Below are positions 36,236-46,748 of a stretch of 64,000 nucleotides of DNA, piece after piece; the stretch's first letter is position 1; each line of letters opens with the position of its first letter. This DNA comes from a virus. Below the pieces are notes generated by a model, which saw only the letters and a program-made list of their open reading frames with translations, was not told the DNA's origin and did no database searches. The position numbers and the translations under genes were made by a program. The stretch is taken from positions 54,408-118,407 of IMG/VR virus record IMGVR_UViG_3300034283_001962; one strand, 5' to 3'.

Positions 36236-36706
36236 ATGAGAAATAGAAAAATTGTTTATAATGCTATTCGTACTCCTGATGGAACTATTATAGAAAGTAA
36301 AAATAGGCATGATTATGTTGAACATTTAGATAAAAATGGTAAAACCTATATGGTAGATGGAGGTCATGATTACCTTCGTCGTAGTGCTTTTTCTGATGCA
36401 GAAGATTTAACTTTATATAACGATGATCCTTTTGAAATAGTACGTGAGCATATAACTAGGTATAATATTTTTAAGTCTGAAGATGTAAAATTATGTAACA
36501 TGTCAGATCAATGGTTAGATAACCTTCTTGATATGTTACTTGATATGTCAAACATGATACCAGAAATGCTTTCTTGGTACACTGTTTTAATCATCAAAGA
36601 AAAACAGTACAGAGTTGAAAACGAAATATCAATAACAGAAGATGAAGAAATCCTCATTAAAGCGAATAAGCTCAAAGAAATTATTGCAAAAAGACCAAGA
36701 TATTGA
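36236..36706 (+). CDS. Hypothetical phage protein
   Basis: TPDGT..ESKNRHDY...MVDGG.DYLRR. Confidence 0.7.
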   Translation: MRNRKIVYNAIRTPDGTIIESKNRHDYVEHLDKNGKTYMVDGGHDYLRRSAFSDAEDLTLYNDDPFEIVREHITRYNIFKSEDVKLCNMSDQWLDNLLDMLLDMSNMIPEMLSWYTVLIIKEKQYRVENEISITEDEEILIKANKLKEIIAKRPRY

Positions 36707-36989
36707 GAAGACTAAAGAAATGCAGCAGTTTTTTATGACTATTTGGAATAGTTTACCTCCTTATAGAAAAAGGTGTTACGAAACTGGAGAAGCTCTTAAA
36801 AATCCACCATTATCTACTTATTTTCATCATGTATTACCTAAATCTAAGTATCCAGAATATAGGTTATGTGATTGGAATATTGTACTTTTGAAACCTGAAG
36901 TTCACGAACAGGCCGAATTAAATATTAATAAGACTCCTAAAGTCAAAGAATACAAACAAAGATTATTAAACCAAATTACAAAACTATGA
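36642..36989 (+). CDS. HNH-like small nuclease
   Basis: CYETG...FHHVLPKSKYP...NIVLL...H. Confidence 0.6.
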   Translation: MKKSSLKRISSKKLLQKDQDIEKTKEMQQFFMTIWNSLPPYRKRCYETGEALKNPPLSTYFHHVLPKSKYPEYRLCDWNIVLLKPEVHEQAELNINKTPKVKEYKQRLLNQITKL

Positions 36990-37342
36990 TGCAATTTTTT
37001 TATGACAGAGAAGAAGTAGTAGGTAAATCAGAAGATAAGACTACTGATTTAACAGAAACCAGAAAAGATAGCTTTAACCCTGAAATGGTTATAAGAAGCT
37101 ATGAGTACGTTAAAGGAAAAATTACTATCATACTATCAGATGGACACGAAGAGGCTCAAGAAGTACCTCAAATGAACTCTAAACGTCAAATTACTGGTTA
37201 TAAAAGAGAAAGAAGCTGGGTAACTAGTCAAATTTTCTTAAATGAAAATGATACTAAGAGATATCGTGAGTATTTTGACATTGAACCTCATATGCTTTTG
37301 CAGAAAGGAAAGTATTTGCTTGAGGATTATAGTCAGCTGTAA
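36986..37342 (+). CDS. Hypothetical protein
   Basis: ORF track. Confidence 0.65.
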   Translation: MMQFFYDREEVVGKSEDKTTDLTETRKDSFNPEMVIRSYEYVKGKITIILSDGHEEAQEVPQMNSKRQITGYKRERSWVTSQIFLNENDTKRYREYFDIEPHMLLQKGKYLLEDYSQL

Positions 37343-37416
37343 TATTAGTATTTGGAGCATTCATTGGTACTTCAGGTACAGTATATTTTAAAAAGCGTAA
37401 AAAAAGTTGATAAAAT

Positions 37417-37444
37417 AAAAAAACCCCTTAATTGGGGTTTTTTA
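37417..37444. terminator. Bidirectional terminator at the convergence of the + and - gene blocks
   Basis: AAAAAAACCCC-TTAATT-GGGGTTTTTTT. Confidence 0.65.
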
Positions 37445-37658
37445 ATACGCTTATCTTTCCTTCTTCTACACCTTTTATCATTTTTTGATCTAAGGCTTTT
37501 TTAAGTTCATGAATTGCTACAATTCTTTGAGCTTCTACATTATTCAAAACTGAATTACAGTAGTTTAACATTAATTCAAGTTCTTTTCCTGTAAGTTCAA
37601 ATACTTCTTCTGGTTTCCAGTTGTAACCAACTTCAATTTGTTGTTGATCTTTTTCCAT
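37428..37658 (-). CDS. Hypothetical protein
   Basis: ORF track. Confidence 0.6.
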   Translation of the reverse strand: MEKDQQQIEVGYNWKPEEVFELTGKELELMLNYCNSVLNNVEAQRIVAIHELKKALDQKMIKGVEEGKISVLKNPN

Positions 37659-37660
37659 AT

Positions 37661-37945
37661 TTATTGGTTTATGTTAAAATTTATATTTGCTCCAAGTTTC
37701 ATAGACTTTGAAAATTCTACTCGAATTCTATATAAGTTATGAAAATCTTTAATTTTTTGTATTAGAACATCTAAATATTTAGAATGTGAAGGTGCTATAC
37801 GTACATTAATACTGCCGTTTAACTTCTTAGTTATTTGAACTGTACAATTAACATCAATAGACTCTAAGTATCCAGTTAACCAAGATATATATGATGTTTC
37901 ATTATCAGCTATAATCTTAGGAAAGTTAACCTTTAAAATTTTCAT
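37661..37945 (-). CDS. Hypothetical protein
   Basis: ORF track; TAAATTTG element at 37980-37973 upstream. Confidence 0.6.
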   Translation of the reverse strand: MKILKVNFPKIIADNETSYISWLTGYLESIDVNCTVQITKKLNGSINVRIAPSHSKYLDVLIQKIKDFHNLYRIRVEFSKSMKLGANINFNINQ

Positions 37946-38016
37946 AAAGATACTTTAAAGAATATCCTTTTACAAATTTAATATTAGGATTTCTATACAA
38001 AAAAATAAATTAACTT

Positions 38017-38421
38017 TTAAGGAATAACTACAAATACAGGATTTAAACAGCTACTAGCTGATACAAATGTAATACTATTATTTGCAACAAGAGTAAAACT
38101 TCCAAAATTACCAAATAATGTATTTAATTGAGTTACAAGATTAGTACGTCTAGCATTTTCATCAGCTCCAGTTGTAGTAATTAATACACCTGAAGTAAAT
38201 AATGCTCCACAACCTACATTAATTGTTACTGTTGCATCAGTTAATAAAGCTAACGATGCAATATTAGCTACAACTGTACCACCTGCTCCACAGCAAGTAT
38301 TAGCATCAATTTCAAACCAGTTACCGTTTTTAGGCTTAGATTTTCTAAGTACTAAGCTGGCAGGTACGACCCTCTTGCTAGCATCAATTCTAACAAAAGC
38401 TTTTAATAAATTAGCTCCCAT
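38017..38421 (-). CDS. Putative virion structural protein
   Basis: LKAFVRID...RKSKPK.G.W.EI...CC N-terminus; late block. Confidence 0.5.
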   Translation of the reverse strand: MGANLLKAFVRIDASKRVVPASLVLRKSKPKNGNWFEIDANTCCGAGGTVVANIASLALLTDATVTINVGCGALFTSGVLITTTGADENARRTNLVTQLNTLFGNFGSFTLVANNSITFVSASSCLNPVFVVIP

Positions 38422-38426
38422 GTTTT

Positions 38427-39467
38427 TTAGACTTTTAAATTGTTAAATGTTTGTTTACTATCTAATAGTTCTTCTACATATTTAGAAGAACACATATTTA
38501 AATTAATTTTATTATAATCTACTCCTAAATCAAAAGGAGTAGTTGTATTATTTCTAAAAAGCATTTTATCAAAACATCCTTCTATAGCTCCTGCATCGTG
38601 ATAAATATACTTATTTTTCCAATCTTTTATTGGAGTAGTAGCCCAAGCAAAATCCATACATGTAGGTGTACTTGTTTCTTGACCTCTTTTCCACAGATTC
38701 CATAATAGTGACCACATATCAGCACACCATACTTGAAACCCTTTATCTTCACTTTCAAAAAATTGATTATTAACATTAGTTAAATGTACTCTAAGCATCA
38801 TACAACCATCTAATACATCTGCCCAAAACTTTGCATCAATTCCTTTTAGTAGATATTGTGCTCCTCCTGTATTAAATTCATTTTTTTCACAGATTTCTCT
38901 ACTGATACCAAAACTACTTATGCTTTCTGCAAGTATATCTCGTTTTTTATATGTATCAATCTTTCTTGGAATAACATCTTTTATTTTACTATCAAAATAA
39001 CTAGCTGATATATAACTTCTTGTATCTGATAAATAATTTATATTATCATTTAGTAATCCTTCTATAAAATCAGGATATTTAGTAAAAATAACGTCAGAAT
39101 CTAAATAAAAAACACATTTATCACTTAATTCTGGATGAACTGTAAAGTATTCTTGTAAACACCAAGGTCTAAGTAATGGTATATAATTAAAAGTTTTAAT
39201 TAAATGCCAACATTTTCCTTCTTTACTATCATCAAAATATATAAATTTAACTTCCGGATACCTTTTTTCTAATGCAAAAAAGAGAGGGTGTATCTCTCTT
39301 TTTGGTGACGTATATAACAAAACGTGATAACGATTTGATATTCCCAGTCTGCTAAAATTATGTAGTTGAATATTAAGTTGCCAAGCAAAGAATAGATCTG
39401 TCGGTTGTACCGATATTAAAATCCATTCTTTCATAATATTAATTTTATTAAGATAAAGAAATCTCAA
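38427..39467 (-). CDS. GT-A glycosyltransferase-like protein (resembles peptide O-glycosyltransferases)
   Basis: FYLDSDVIF DxD motif, GGAQY, WCADMW, YHDAG. Confidence 0.65.
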   Translation of the reverse strand: MRFLYLNKINIMKEWILISVQPTDLFFAWQLNIQLHNFSRLGISNRYHVLLYTSPKREIHPLFFALEKRYPEVKFIYFDDSKEGKCWHLIKTFNYIPLLRPWCLQEYFTVHPELSDKCVFYLDSDVIFTKYPDFIEGLLNDNINYLSDTRSYISASYFDSKIKDVIPRKIDTYKKRDILAESISSFGISREICEKNEFNTGGAQYLLKGIDAKFWADVLDGCMMLRVHLTNVNNQFFESEDKGFQVWCADMWSLLWNLWKRGQETSTPTCMDFAWATTPIKDWKNKYIYHDAGAIEGCFDKMLFRNNTTTPFDLGVDYNKINLNMCSSKYVEELLDSKQTFNNLKV

Positions 39468-39906
39468 TTAATTTGAAAAAAATTGGATAGGTTTCTTCAG
39501 TTTGTAAGTTTTCAAAATCATCAATACTGAAAGCATAAACTTCAATATCTTTTTCCTCTTTTAATAATTTATCAAGTTCAGTATTAAATTCAATAAACTT
39601 AGGATTTAATTTTTGAACATCTTGATTTTCTTCATTCTTTTCTGTAATATTAAGAGGTAGACTAACATTTCCTTTATCATCTTTTTCACCATGTTTAGTA
39701 ATAAATTCATCACGAAGTTTATCTATTAACTCTACATTTTGAGAAGTGGTAGTTTTAAGTTTATTCAACCAATATTTAACTTTTAAGTTAAGTGATTGAC
39801 TTAAAAGACCTTTTGTAATTTTTGTACCATTTTCACGATTAACTGATCCTGAAAGTTCAGAATCTAACTGATAAACTTCTAAAAGTGTTAATTTAGCTTT
39901 GTTCAT
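39448..39906 (-). CDS. Hypothetical protein, possible tail-fibre chaperone
   Basis: Helical, acidic; TATATTTG element at 39934-39927 upstream. Confidence 0.5.
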   Translation of the reverse strand: MNKAKLTLLEVYQLDSELSGSVNRENGTKITKGLLSQSLNLKVKYWLNKLKTTTSQNVELIDKLRDEFITKHGEKDDKGNVSLPLNITEKNEENQDVQKLNPKFIEFNTELDKLLKEEKDIEVYAFSIDDFENLQTEETYPIFFKLIEISLS

Positions 39907-39960
39907 ATTATGATTTTTTTAAAACGCAAATATAGTGTTTTTTAACTAAAAAACAAAATT

Positions 39961-40161
39961 TTATTTCCAAGTACCGCTAACTTTTATATTAGGCGTTGCG
40001 GTTTTCCACACACCCGATACTTTGATATGAACAGTTGCTTGCTTCCATACACCGCCCACCTTTAGCCATGCTAATGTGGTGGACGGTGGAGTTGATACGC
40101 TCTCAATCGGCACTTGTCCAATCTCAATCGTTGCACCATCATATAACCTCCTTGTTGCCAT
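39961..40161 (-). CDS. Small tail-fibre-associated protein (KVGGVWK repeats)
   Basis: Three KV.G.WK repeats. Confidence 0.6.
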   Translation of the reverse strand: MATRRLYDGATIEIGQVPIESVSTPPSTTLAWLKVGGVWKQATVHIKVSGVWKTATPNIKVSGTWK

Positions 40162-40162
40162 T

Positions 40163-40966
40163 TTATACTTCTCCTAAAATTAATGCACCTGTTATTCCAA
40201 AATTTACTACTGTAACAGCACTAAAAGTTAAACAAGCATCAGGATGAATTTCACAAAGTGAATTAATTATGCAACCTGTACTAACTGCATCTAATGGCAT
40301 TGCACCTGTTGCACTTTCCAATGAAATCATTGCCAACGGTTTAAACATACACACCCCAAAGTTTCCTGCCGATCCTGTTGTTCCCGCAAGAGTTACTGAC
40401 TCAATACTTCTAAATCCTTTATCTGATCCTTGTAAAGGAATAGGAATAAGGATACCTACTTCTCGATAAAACCCTCCACCGATTATTGTAGCAGTAGATA
40501 TTCTACCACTCACGCCTGCTGAATTTGTGTAGCTTATTGTTACCGTTGTTTGTGTTGTGCCAATAATGCCATATACTACAATTCCTGCCATAACTCCCTC
40601 ACCCGATGTATATCTTGTTAATGCTGCGGTTGGAAGATTAGTTGTTTGAGGTGTTGTTAAAGTTCCATTCAGTCCTCCGCTAACATTTAACAAATCAACA
40701 ACCATCATTGATGCTGCACCATAATTTGTAGTGCTAATCCTTGCCCCTAACATTGTCAATCTACCTGTTGATACAGCAGGTATAGGGCCCATTGATTGAG
40801 CAGAATTTTTGTCTAATGCAACGCTTGTCGTTGGTGTAGCAGGAGCAGGGTTAAAGTATTGCCAACTTGCATTTGGTCTTAATATTCTTATTGTGCTGGT
40901 GCTAAAATCAGCGACCCTGTTTTCTTTTAGCTTGTCTACGTATTCGTCAAAGTCAGTTAGTGCCAT
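40163..40966 (-). CDS. Putative structural protein, paralog of 40968-41816
   Basis: Shared ALTR.T.G.G, YTN.AG..GR, PL...D.G.R.IE, AGNFG, PDAC. Confidence 0.65.
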   Translation of the reverse strand: MALTDFDEYVDKLKENRVADFSTSTIRILRPNASWQYFNPAPATPTTSVALDKNSAQSMGPIPAVSTGRLTMLGARISTTNYGAASMMVVDLLNVSGGLNGTLTTPQTTNLPTAALTRYTSGEGVMAGIVVYGIIGTTQTTVTISYTNSAGVSGRISTATIIGGGFYREVGILIPIPLQGSDKGFRSIESVTLAGTTGSAGNFGVCMFKPLAMISLESATGAMPLDAVSTGCIINSLCEIHPDACLTFSAVTVVNFGITGALILGEV

Positions 40967-40967
40967 A

Positions 40968-41816
40968 TTATTTTTCTATTGTTGCTATTGAACCGAATAA
41001 TTCAGGTGCAGTTCCTGAACCAGGGATAAACATTAGTGCTAAACAAGCATTAGGGTCAATAACGGGTATGCCGGGCAATCCTGTTGTGTAATCTCTCCAA
41101 CCCATTGTACCTGCTGCACCAACTGGAATCCATGCCAAAGGTTGTGCAATGGTTATACCAAAGTTGCCTGCCGTACCCGTAGTAGCCGTTAATTGTATTT
41201 GCTCAATAGCTCGAATACCTGAATCACCTGCTGCTAAAGGTATGCGTTGCATACGGGTAGCCTCTCTAAAACCCGTTGCGCCTATATTGATTGTTGATGT
41301 TCTTGAACCCGTCCCTGCTTGATTTGTGTAGGTCATTGTAAGGGTTGTAGATGTTGTTCCTATTATTGTATAAATCTCATAAAACGCTATGTTTCCTGCA
41401 CCGCCCGTATTACGGGTTAAAGCAGGAGTTGGAGTTGACCCTTGTATTGTTTGAGCAGATGTTGAAGTTCCTGATAATCCACCCTCGTGAAATAACCTAT
41501 CATAAAGTAAATACACGCCTGGGGTTATTGGTGTAATACTTGCCCCAATTAAGTGTTTATCTCTACCACCACCGGGAGCAGTAAAAGGTATTGCCCCTTG
41601 AGTTGATTTAGTAGGTATTGCTCCCGCCGTAGGAACATCTCCTTTGGCAGGCATTCCGTCATACTCCCACAGCGAACAACCTCTACCTGACACTGGTGCG
41701 GTTGCTGCCACACCTTGAACACGAGGCACTTTGTGAAAGAATATATTTTCAGGATTGCCGTTATTCCCGCCTGATTGACGGTTGATTAAATCCGATAAGT
41801 CTGTTATTGCTGCCAT
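40968..41816 (-). CDS. Putative structural protein, paralog of 40163-40966
   Basis: Same shared motifs as 40163-40966. Confidence 0.65.
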   Translation of the reverse strand: MAAITDLSDLINRQSGGNNGNPENIFFHKVPRVQGVAATAPVSGRGCSLWEYDGMPAKGDVPTAGAIPTKSTQGAIPFTAPGGGRDKHLIGASITPITPGVYLLYDRLFHEGGLSGTSTSAQTIQGSTPTPALTRNTGGAGNIAFYEIYTIIGTTSTTLTMTYTNQAGTGSRTSTINIGATGFREATRMQRIPLAAGDSGIRAIEQIQLTATTGTAGNFGITIAQPLAWIPVGAAGTMGWRDYTTGLPGIPVIDPNACLALMFIPGSGTAPELFGSIATIEK

Positions 41817-42010
41817 GTTATTCCATTTTCAATTGCGTGTGCTTTTGCTTCAACAATTAGTTGTGATAAGTTATCAATATTGACACCCGATTGATATACC
41901 AAACCACCTGATTGTGGTAGTATCTCAAAGTTTTCGTTACTTACTTGTAATGCCCAATCTCCGCTATCGGATAGGTATAGGATTGATTCTGTTTTTTGAA
42001 TTACTCTCAT
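41804..42010 (-). CDS. Hypothetical protein
   Basis: ORF track. Confidence 0.55.
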   Translation of the reverse strand: MRVIQKTESILYLSDSGDWALQVSNENFEILPQSGGLVYQSGVNIDNLSQLIVEAKAHAIENGITWQQ

Positions 42011-42013
42011 TTT

Positions 42014-45000
42014 TTATACGTATTGTAAATAAATGTCCCCGTCCGCTCCACCATTAGGCGCAGCAGTACCCGAAGTTATTACTTTTTGTGGTAATGCTTC
42101 TGTTGAAAGAACCCCGTTAAAATCTGCTACAACCATTCTAGTTCCAGTACCCGAAAGAGATGATGAGTGTACTGTACCATAAACCTGCAAAGTCGATCCA
42201 TTGTCAGTTGGTACGGTTGATCCTGATCCAGAAAATGCAGCATTAGCATTAGCATAAAACGTGACTGGATATCTGTAAGTGTTTGTAGATGAATTATAAG
42301 TACTAATCTGCAAAGAACCCGGACCACCTTCAGCAGTAGATTTAGTACTGCCTCCTAGATTAAATTCTGCACTATAGATTCCATTTTTCATAGACCAGCT
42401 TGTTTGGAAGCTCCATGTAGAATCTAAAGCAATACTTTTAGGGTAAGATGCAGAACCCATAACAGTAAGTCTTGTCTGAGGATTCACAGTTGCAGTACCA
42501 ATTGCTACCTCATTACCATTATCATATATTACACTAAGACCAAGAGCACTTGCTCCTGTCCATTTAGCTACATAATCTGCAGTTCCAGAGCCAGATAATC
42601 CACCTCCACCTCCCGATGGTGCTGCCCAAACGCCATCAGCACGAAGAAAGTTACTTGTTCCTCCACCAGAAGCAGGAACAACGCCTTTTACGGTAGAAGT
42701 AAAAGTATCCAGCAATGTTGTTGCCTGTGTTCCTGTTAATACTTCTACATTACCAGTTGAAGATGTAACTCGACCAAGAAAAGATGCAGTATCTATCTGC
42801 TGAAATTTAGCTAGTGATACTACATTGTTATCTATGGTCCAAGTTGCCCCTGATGCTGATACAGTAATATCTCCCTTATCTCCATCAGTTAAAGTACCTC
42901 CTCCACCAAAAGTACTTGCAGAACGATATTTTATTTGACCAGTAGTAGTATCACGAACTAAGACTTGGGTTAATGCGTCATCCTGATCAGGAATAGCACT
43001 AAGAGTAAGATGATTTACAAACCTTCCTGTACCATTGACATCAAGTGTAAATGCAGGAGCATTTATATTATTAATACCAAATCTGCCATTTGAGTCAAAT
43101 CTATGATAGCGATTTATTGTACCATCATAAACCTTAAAGTAAAATCCACCATCACTATATATGTGCATCATTTTAGGTGATCCAGATACCTCACCTTCTT
43201 TATATGCCATAGATAGCCAACCACCATTATTAAGCTCTCTAGCTACAAAATAATTTATTTCTTGATTACTAGATAATGCAGCACTTTTTGTTATAGTAAA
43301 TAACGAATCATTATTAGTACCTGTATAAGAAATTGCACCTACTGTACCGTTAAATGTAAAGTTAGATTCTGCATTTCCATTCCCTGCAGATACTGAAGTA
43401 ATAATTCTATCATTACCTTCATTAGTTACAGTGTAAGATGAACCTCCTGAACCTCCTGAATCAATATAAACCCACGCAGATCCATTGTAGAATGAAAACT
43501 TATTTACAGTAGTATCATAAATAAATAATCCAGTAGGTACAGATGTAACTGCATCTCTAATGGCAGTAGTAATTCTCGGAGGCAGAAATCCAACTTGACC
43601 AAAAGAACCTGCTACCATTTCAACTATGGCTTTAGAATTAGGTCTAGCTGTTCCAAATCCTACATTACCTCCTACAGTAACTAATGCGTGAGTATTTGCA
43701 GCAATCTCGTTGGTCATACGAATATAATTACCATACAAGATGCTACTTGGTCCACCTGTTCCTCCTTCAAAATACAATCCGTATGATGTAAGTAGTGAGG
43801 TTCCTCCTGAGTACATGTAAACTTTAATACCGTAGGGAGTGCCAGCAACCTGATAGTTTTCTGCAAGTAAAGCTGTTGCTGACATATTTAAACTGCCAAA
43901 TTGGTAAACTTGAGCCTTTACAGCTACCATATTGGTAGGAGCAGAAAAAGTAGCATAGGCAACGCCAGAAACACCTGTGCTATTAGAACTATCACTAACT
44001 CCATATAATGATATATTAGTAGTACCTCCACCTGCATAAAAAGAACCTCCGTAGTTAGTAGAATTTGATCCTGTATTTACGCAAGTAGAACTAATACTTT
44101 TTGTGGTAATATTAGGAGATACATTAGCACCAGATCTAGTAATTTTTAATACTGAGTTGTCATTAGTAGATGTTGTACTTGTGCTTGATAATTCTATTCC
44201 AGTATTAACCAAGCTGTTCCACTGCCATGTTTGGGTATTGTTGCCGTTATCTATTGTATTAGAAGTTGTGGCAGCAGTCAATGAAGATAGCTCTCTTGGA
44301 GTAATTATATCACCAGATCCAAGTATAGTAACTCCATTAATAGTTTTAATGTTTGTACCAGATACAAGAGTGTTTTGTTTGTTACTAAAAGTAGTCCAAT
44401 CAGATGAAGTTAAAGCTCCACGATTTGACCCACTTGCATTTGGAATATTAAAGGTATGAGTGTTGCTTGCTGAAACTATATTAAAATCAGTACCATTTGT
44501 TCCTGTTTCAAGAACTTGAGTTGCACCAGTCTGACCACTACCAGAAATACCAAGAGATACTATACCTCCAACATATTGTGGTATATTAAGCACACCTGTA
44601 GAACTATTGTATGTTGCAGCACCAGATGAGCCAGTGGTCGTAAGTGATATAGACAACCTTGCTCTTAAATCTGTATAATAAAGGTTTGTTCCTTCAGTAA
44701 CAGCTGTAGTATTAAGCGTTTGAAATGTTTTATCTCCCCTCCAATATTGAGAAGTAGTTCCTGCCATTATAGCAGGTTCACCACTTGCGGGTACTGCCCA
44801 TATTCCATCAGCTCGTAAAAAATTATTAGTACCTCCACCACTTGAAGGCACAAGACCAAAAGTTGAAGCTGTAAATGTTGTTAATAAAACTCCTTGAGGA
44901 TTAATAGTAACTCCAGAATAATATGAAGGAAGTAAATCATAAAATATACCTCCAGATACTGAACCTGTTCCAATCAACTTACCTTTACCTTCTATTCTTA

Positions 45001-45301
45001 CCATTTTATTAGTAGGAATAGTCAAAGCTCCATTAATAGTTATTTCTGTATCAATTAATACACTAGAAACAAGAGAACTATTAAAAACTCCTTGCAGTCT
45101 TACAGTTTGATCTCCTGTTGGTCCAGTAACGGCCCAAGCAGCACGATATGTTCCATCAAACTGTCTTCTCCATATACCTAAAGCACCTAAATCAAATGTT
45201 GATACATTATCTACAGGTGTTGATGAATCTACTTTATATATTATACCACCACTATCTGTTGGTAATCCAATAGTTAAAAATGATGTATCATTTAATGGCA
45301 T
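42014..45301 (-). CDS. Tail fibre protein
   Basis: Gly/Ser/Thr-rich; modules SGGGT.NFLRADG.WA, TTSQYWRGDKT, EGTNLYYT; C-terminal DGDIYLQY. Confidence 0.75.
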   Translation of the reverse strand: MPLNDTSFLTIGLPTDSGGIIYKVDSSTPVDNVSTFDLGALGIWRRQFDGTYRAAWAVTGPTGDQTVRLQGVFNSSLVSSVLIDTEITINGALTIPTNKMVRIEGKGKLIGTGSVSGGIFYDLLPSYYSGVTINPQGVLLTTFTASTFGLVPSSGGGTNNFLRADGIWAVPASGEPAIMAGTTSQYWRGDKTFQTLNTTAVTEGTNLYYTDLRARLSISLTTTGSSGAATYNSSTGVLNIPQYVGGIVSLGISGSGQTGATQVLETGTNGTDFNIVSASNTHTFNIPNASGSNRGALTSSDWTTFSNKQNTLVSGTNIKTINGVTILGSGDIITPRELSSLTAATTSNTIDNGNNTQTWQWNSLVNTGIELSSTSTTSTNDNSVLKITRSGANVSPNITTKSISSTCVNTGSNSTNYGGSFYAGGGTTNISLYGVSDSSNSTGVSGVAYATFSAPTNMVAVKAQVYQFGSLNMSATALLAENYQVAGTPYGIKVYMYSGGTSLLTSYGLYFEGGTGGPSSILYGNYIRMTNEIAANTHALVTVGGNVGFGTARPNSKAIVEMVAGSFGQVGFLPPRITTAIRDAVTSVPTGLFIYDTTVNKFSFYNGSAWVYIDSGGSGGSSYTVTNEGNDRIITSVSAGNGNAESNFTFNGTVGAISYTGTNNDSLFTITKSAALSSNQEINYFVARELNNGGWLSMAYKEGEVSGSPKMMHIYSDGGFYFKVYDGTINRYHRFDSNGRFGINNINAPAFTLDVNGTGRFVNHLTLSAIPDQDDALTQVLVRDTTTGQIKYRSASTFGGGGTLTDGDKGDITVSASGATWTIDNNVVSLAKFQQIDTASFLGRVTSSTGNVEVLTGTQATTLLDTFTSTVKGVVPASGGGTSNFLRADGVWAAPSGGGGGLSGSGTADYVAKWTGASALGLSVIYDNGNEVAIGTATVNPQTRLTVMGSASYPKSIALDSTWSFQTSWSMKNGIYSAEFNLGGSTKSTAEGGPGSLQISTYNSSTNTYRYPVTFYANANAAFSGSGSTVPTDNGSTLQVYGTVHSSSLSGTGTRMVVADFNGVLSTEALPQKVITSGTAAPNGGADGDIYLQYV

Positions 45302-45320
45302 ACTAATATCTCTTTTTTAA

Positions 45321-45800
45321 TTATAGACTTATCTTAGGTTTAAAAAACCTAAACACATAAAATGCAATCCCGCCCACTATCAACCCAACTATGCCCAGAA
45401 GAAAATACAGCCTTGTACGAGCTTCTTTGCGCCAGTAGTCGCGCTCTGTTGTCATTTGAACTAAAGTGTTCTCAATAGTCGTCAAACGCTTGTTAAGGGC
45501 ATTTAGCAGCTCTCTATCTTTAATCTTTGACGTATCGACCCTACTAACATTTTTGTAATACCTCTCGACATACTTTTCCTTTACTGGATAAGGCAATGGA
45601 ATAGTATCATATTCAACCCGTTCAATAACTGAATCTTTACCACGAATAAAAGTGGTATCATTTTTAGGCGGGTTTTTCTTTACATATTCCCTCACCACCT
45701 CTTCGGTGGCTTCCTGTGATTGAAGTACGTGTTTAACTGAGTGTTTCATCGTTTTGCACGAAACAAAAAAAATATTAATTATTATGATTAGTATGATCAT
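45321..45800 (-). CDS. Putative unimolecular-type spanin (N-terminal lipobox, C-terminal TM)
   Basis: MIILIIIINIFFVS-C signal and lipobox; C-terminal LYFLLGIVGLIVGGIAFYVF helix; next to holin-like genes. Confidence 0.55.
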   Translation of the reverse strand: MIILIIIINIFFVSCKTMKHSVKHVLQSQEATEEVVREYVKKNPPKNDTTFIRGKDSVIERVEYDTIPLPYPVKEKYVERYYKNVSRVDTSKIKDRELLNALNKRLTTIENTLVQMTTERDYWRKEARTRLYFLLGIVGLIVGGIAFYVFRFFKPKISL

Positions 45801-46032
45801 TTTTATATTTAGTCGCATCATTGTCAATTTTAGATTGTCCAAAATAATAAGCTATAATAACTACTAATTGACCTATCACTACTCCAGCAATAGTCATAAC
45901 TACATCTTTATTTTCAACAGGAATAGCTTTTGAAAGTAGTTTAAACAAAAAAATAAATGATAATATTACCCAAAATATTGTAATTGTGTTACGAATATCT
46001 TGCTTAGTTATCTTCCTTAGGAATTCTATCAT
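45775..46032 (-). CDS. Holin-like two-TM protein
   Basis: Two TM helices, YYFGQS motif. Confidence 0.6.
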   Translation of the reverse strand: MIEFLRKITKQDIRNTITIFWVILSFIFLFKLLSKAIPVENKDVVMTIAGVVIGQLVVIIAYYFGQSKIDNDATKYKNDHTNHNN

Positions 46033-46216
46033 TTTTTATTTTTTTATATAATGAGTACACCCAATAAGTACTTGCACATGTACCTGAAAGGATAGTTGCT
46101 ATACTTGCAAAATCACTAATAACTAATACATCTGATAAATATAGAAATTTTTGTATTATCCAAAGACCTGCTGTTATTCCTAGCAGTACTGTTCCATTGT
46201 CAACTGTGTGATCCAT
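46004..46216 (-). CDS. Small membrane protein (holin-like)
   Basis: Two hydrophobic segments, charged tail. Confidence 0.55.
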   Translation of the reverse strand: MDHTVDNGTVLLGITAGLWIIQKFLYLSDVLVISDFASIATILSGTCASTYWVYSLYKKIKNDRIPKEDN

Positions 46217-46253
46217 TACACTTTAAATATCCTGTTATAAAAAATATTGATAA

Positions 46254-46748
46254 TCAAACTTTGCTTTTTATGATAATCATATCATGCGGTGCAGGTATAT
46301 TACCGCCAAAGTATGCCCCTAGTTTATACCCCACCATAATCGTATGTTTTTGAACTGTTACGCTTTTACTGCATCGAAACCCCTTGTTATCTGTCACCAC
46401 GAAAACATACAACCCTTTTTCAACGTATATGCGATAGTTATAAAAGGCACCCATCTTTACCTGGCAAACAAATTGAGACATCCTTTCACCACGGCTGTAG
46501 ACATATGCCCATATCTCCATTGCTTCCGTATCAGTATTCCATCTCCAACAAAACCTGGCAGACTCCTTGTGATGGTGCGGCCAGTAGCCGACCCCAAACA
46601 GCTTGTTTAAATCCATCTGATCACTGGTCTTCAAATCGTACTTACACGAATAGTCAAAGCATATCTGCTTACTGACAGATTTTGAAAACACCAGCCCCAA
46701 GCTGCGTGGCTTGAAGCGGTGTTCAGATGCTTTGACTTTGTAGTTCAA
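46254..46748 (-). CDS. Hypothetical beta-rich protein
   Basis: NKLFG...SARFCWRW...YFGG..PAPHDM; higher GC than its flanks. Confidence 0.6.
   Translation of the reverse strand: MNYKVKASEHRFKPRSLGLVFSKSVSKQICFDYSCKYDLKTSDQMDLNKLFGVGYWPHHHKESARFCWRWNTDTEAMEIWAYVYSRGERMSQFVCQVKMGAFYNYRIYVEKGLYVFVVTDNKGFRCSKSVTVQKHTIMVGYKLGAYFGGNIPAPHDMIIIKSKV

Noticed and set aside
43394-43404. Partial match of spacer 2 (TGAAGTAATAA) in the tail fibre gene
   Set aside because: Only 11 nt in an AT-rich genome, which is expected by chance.
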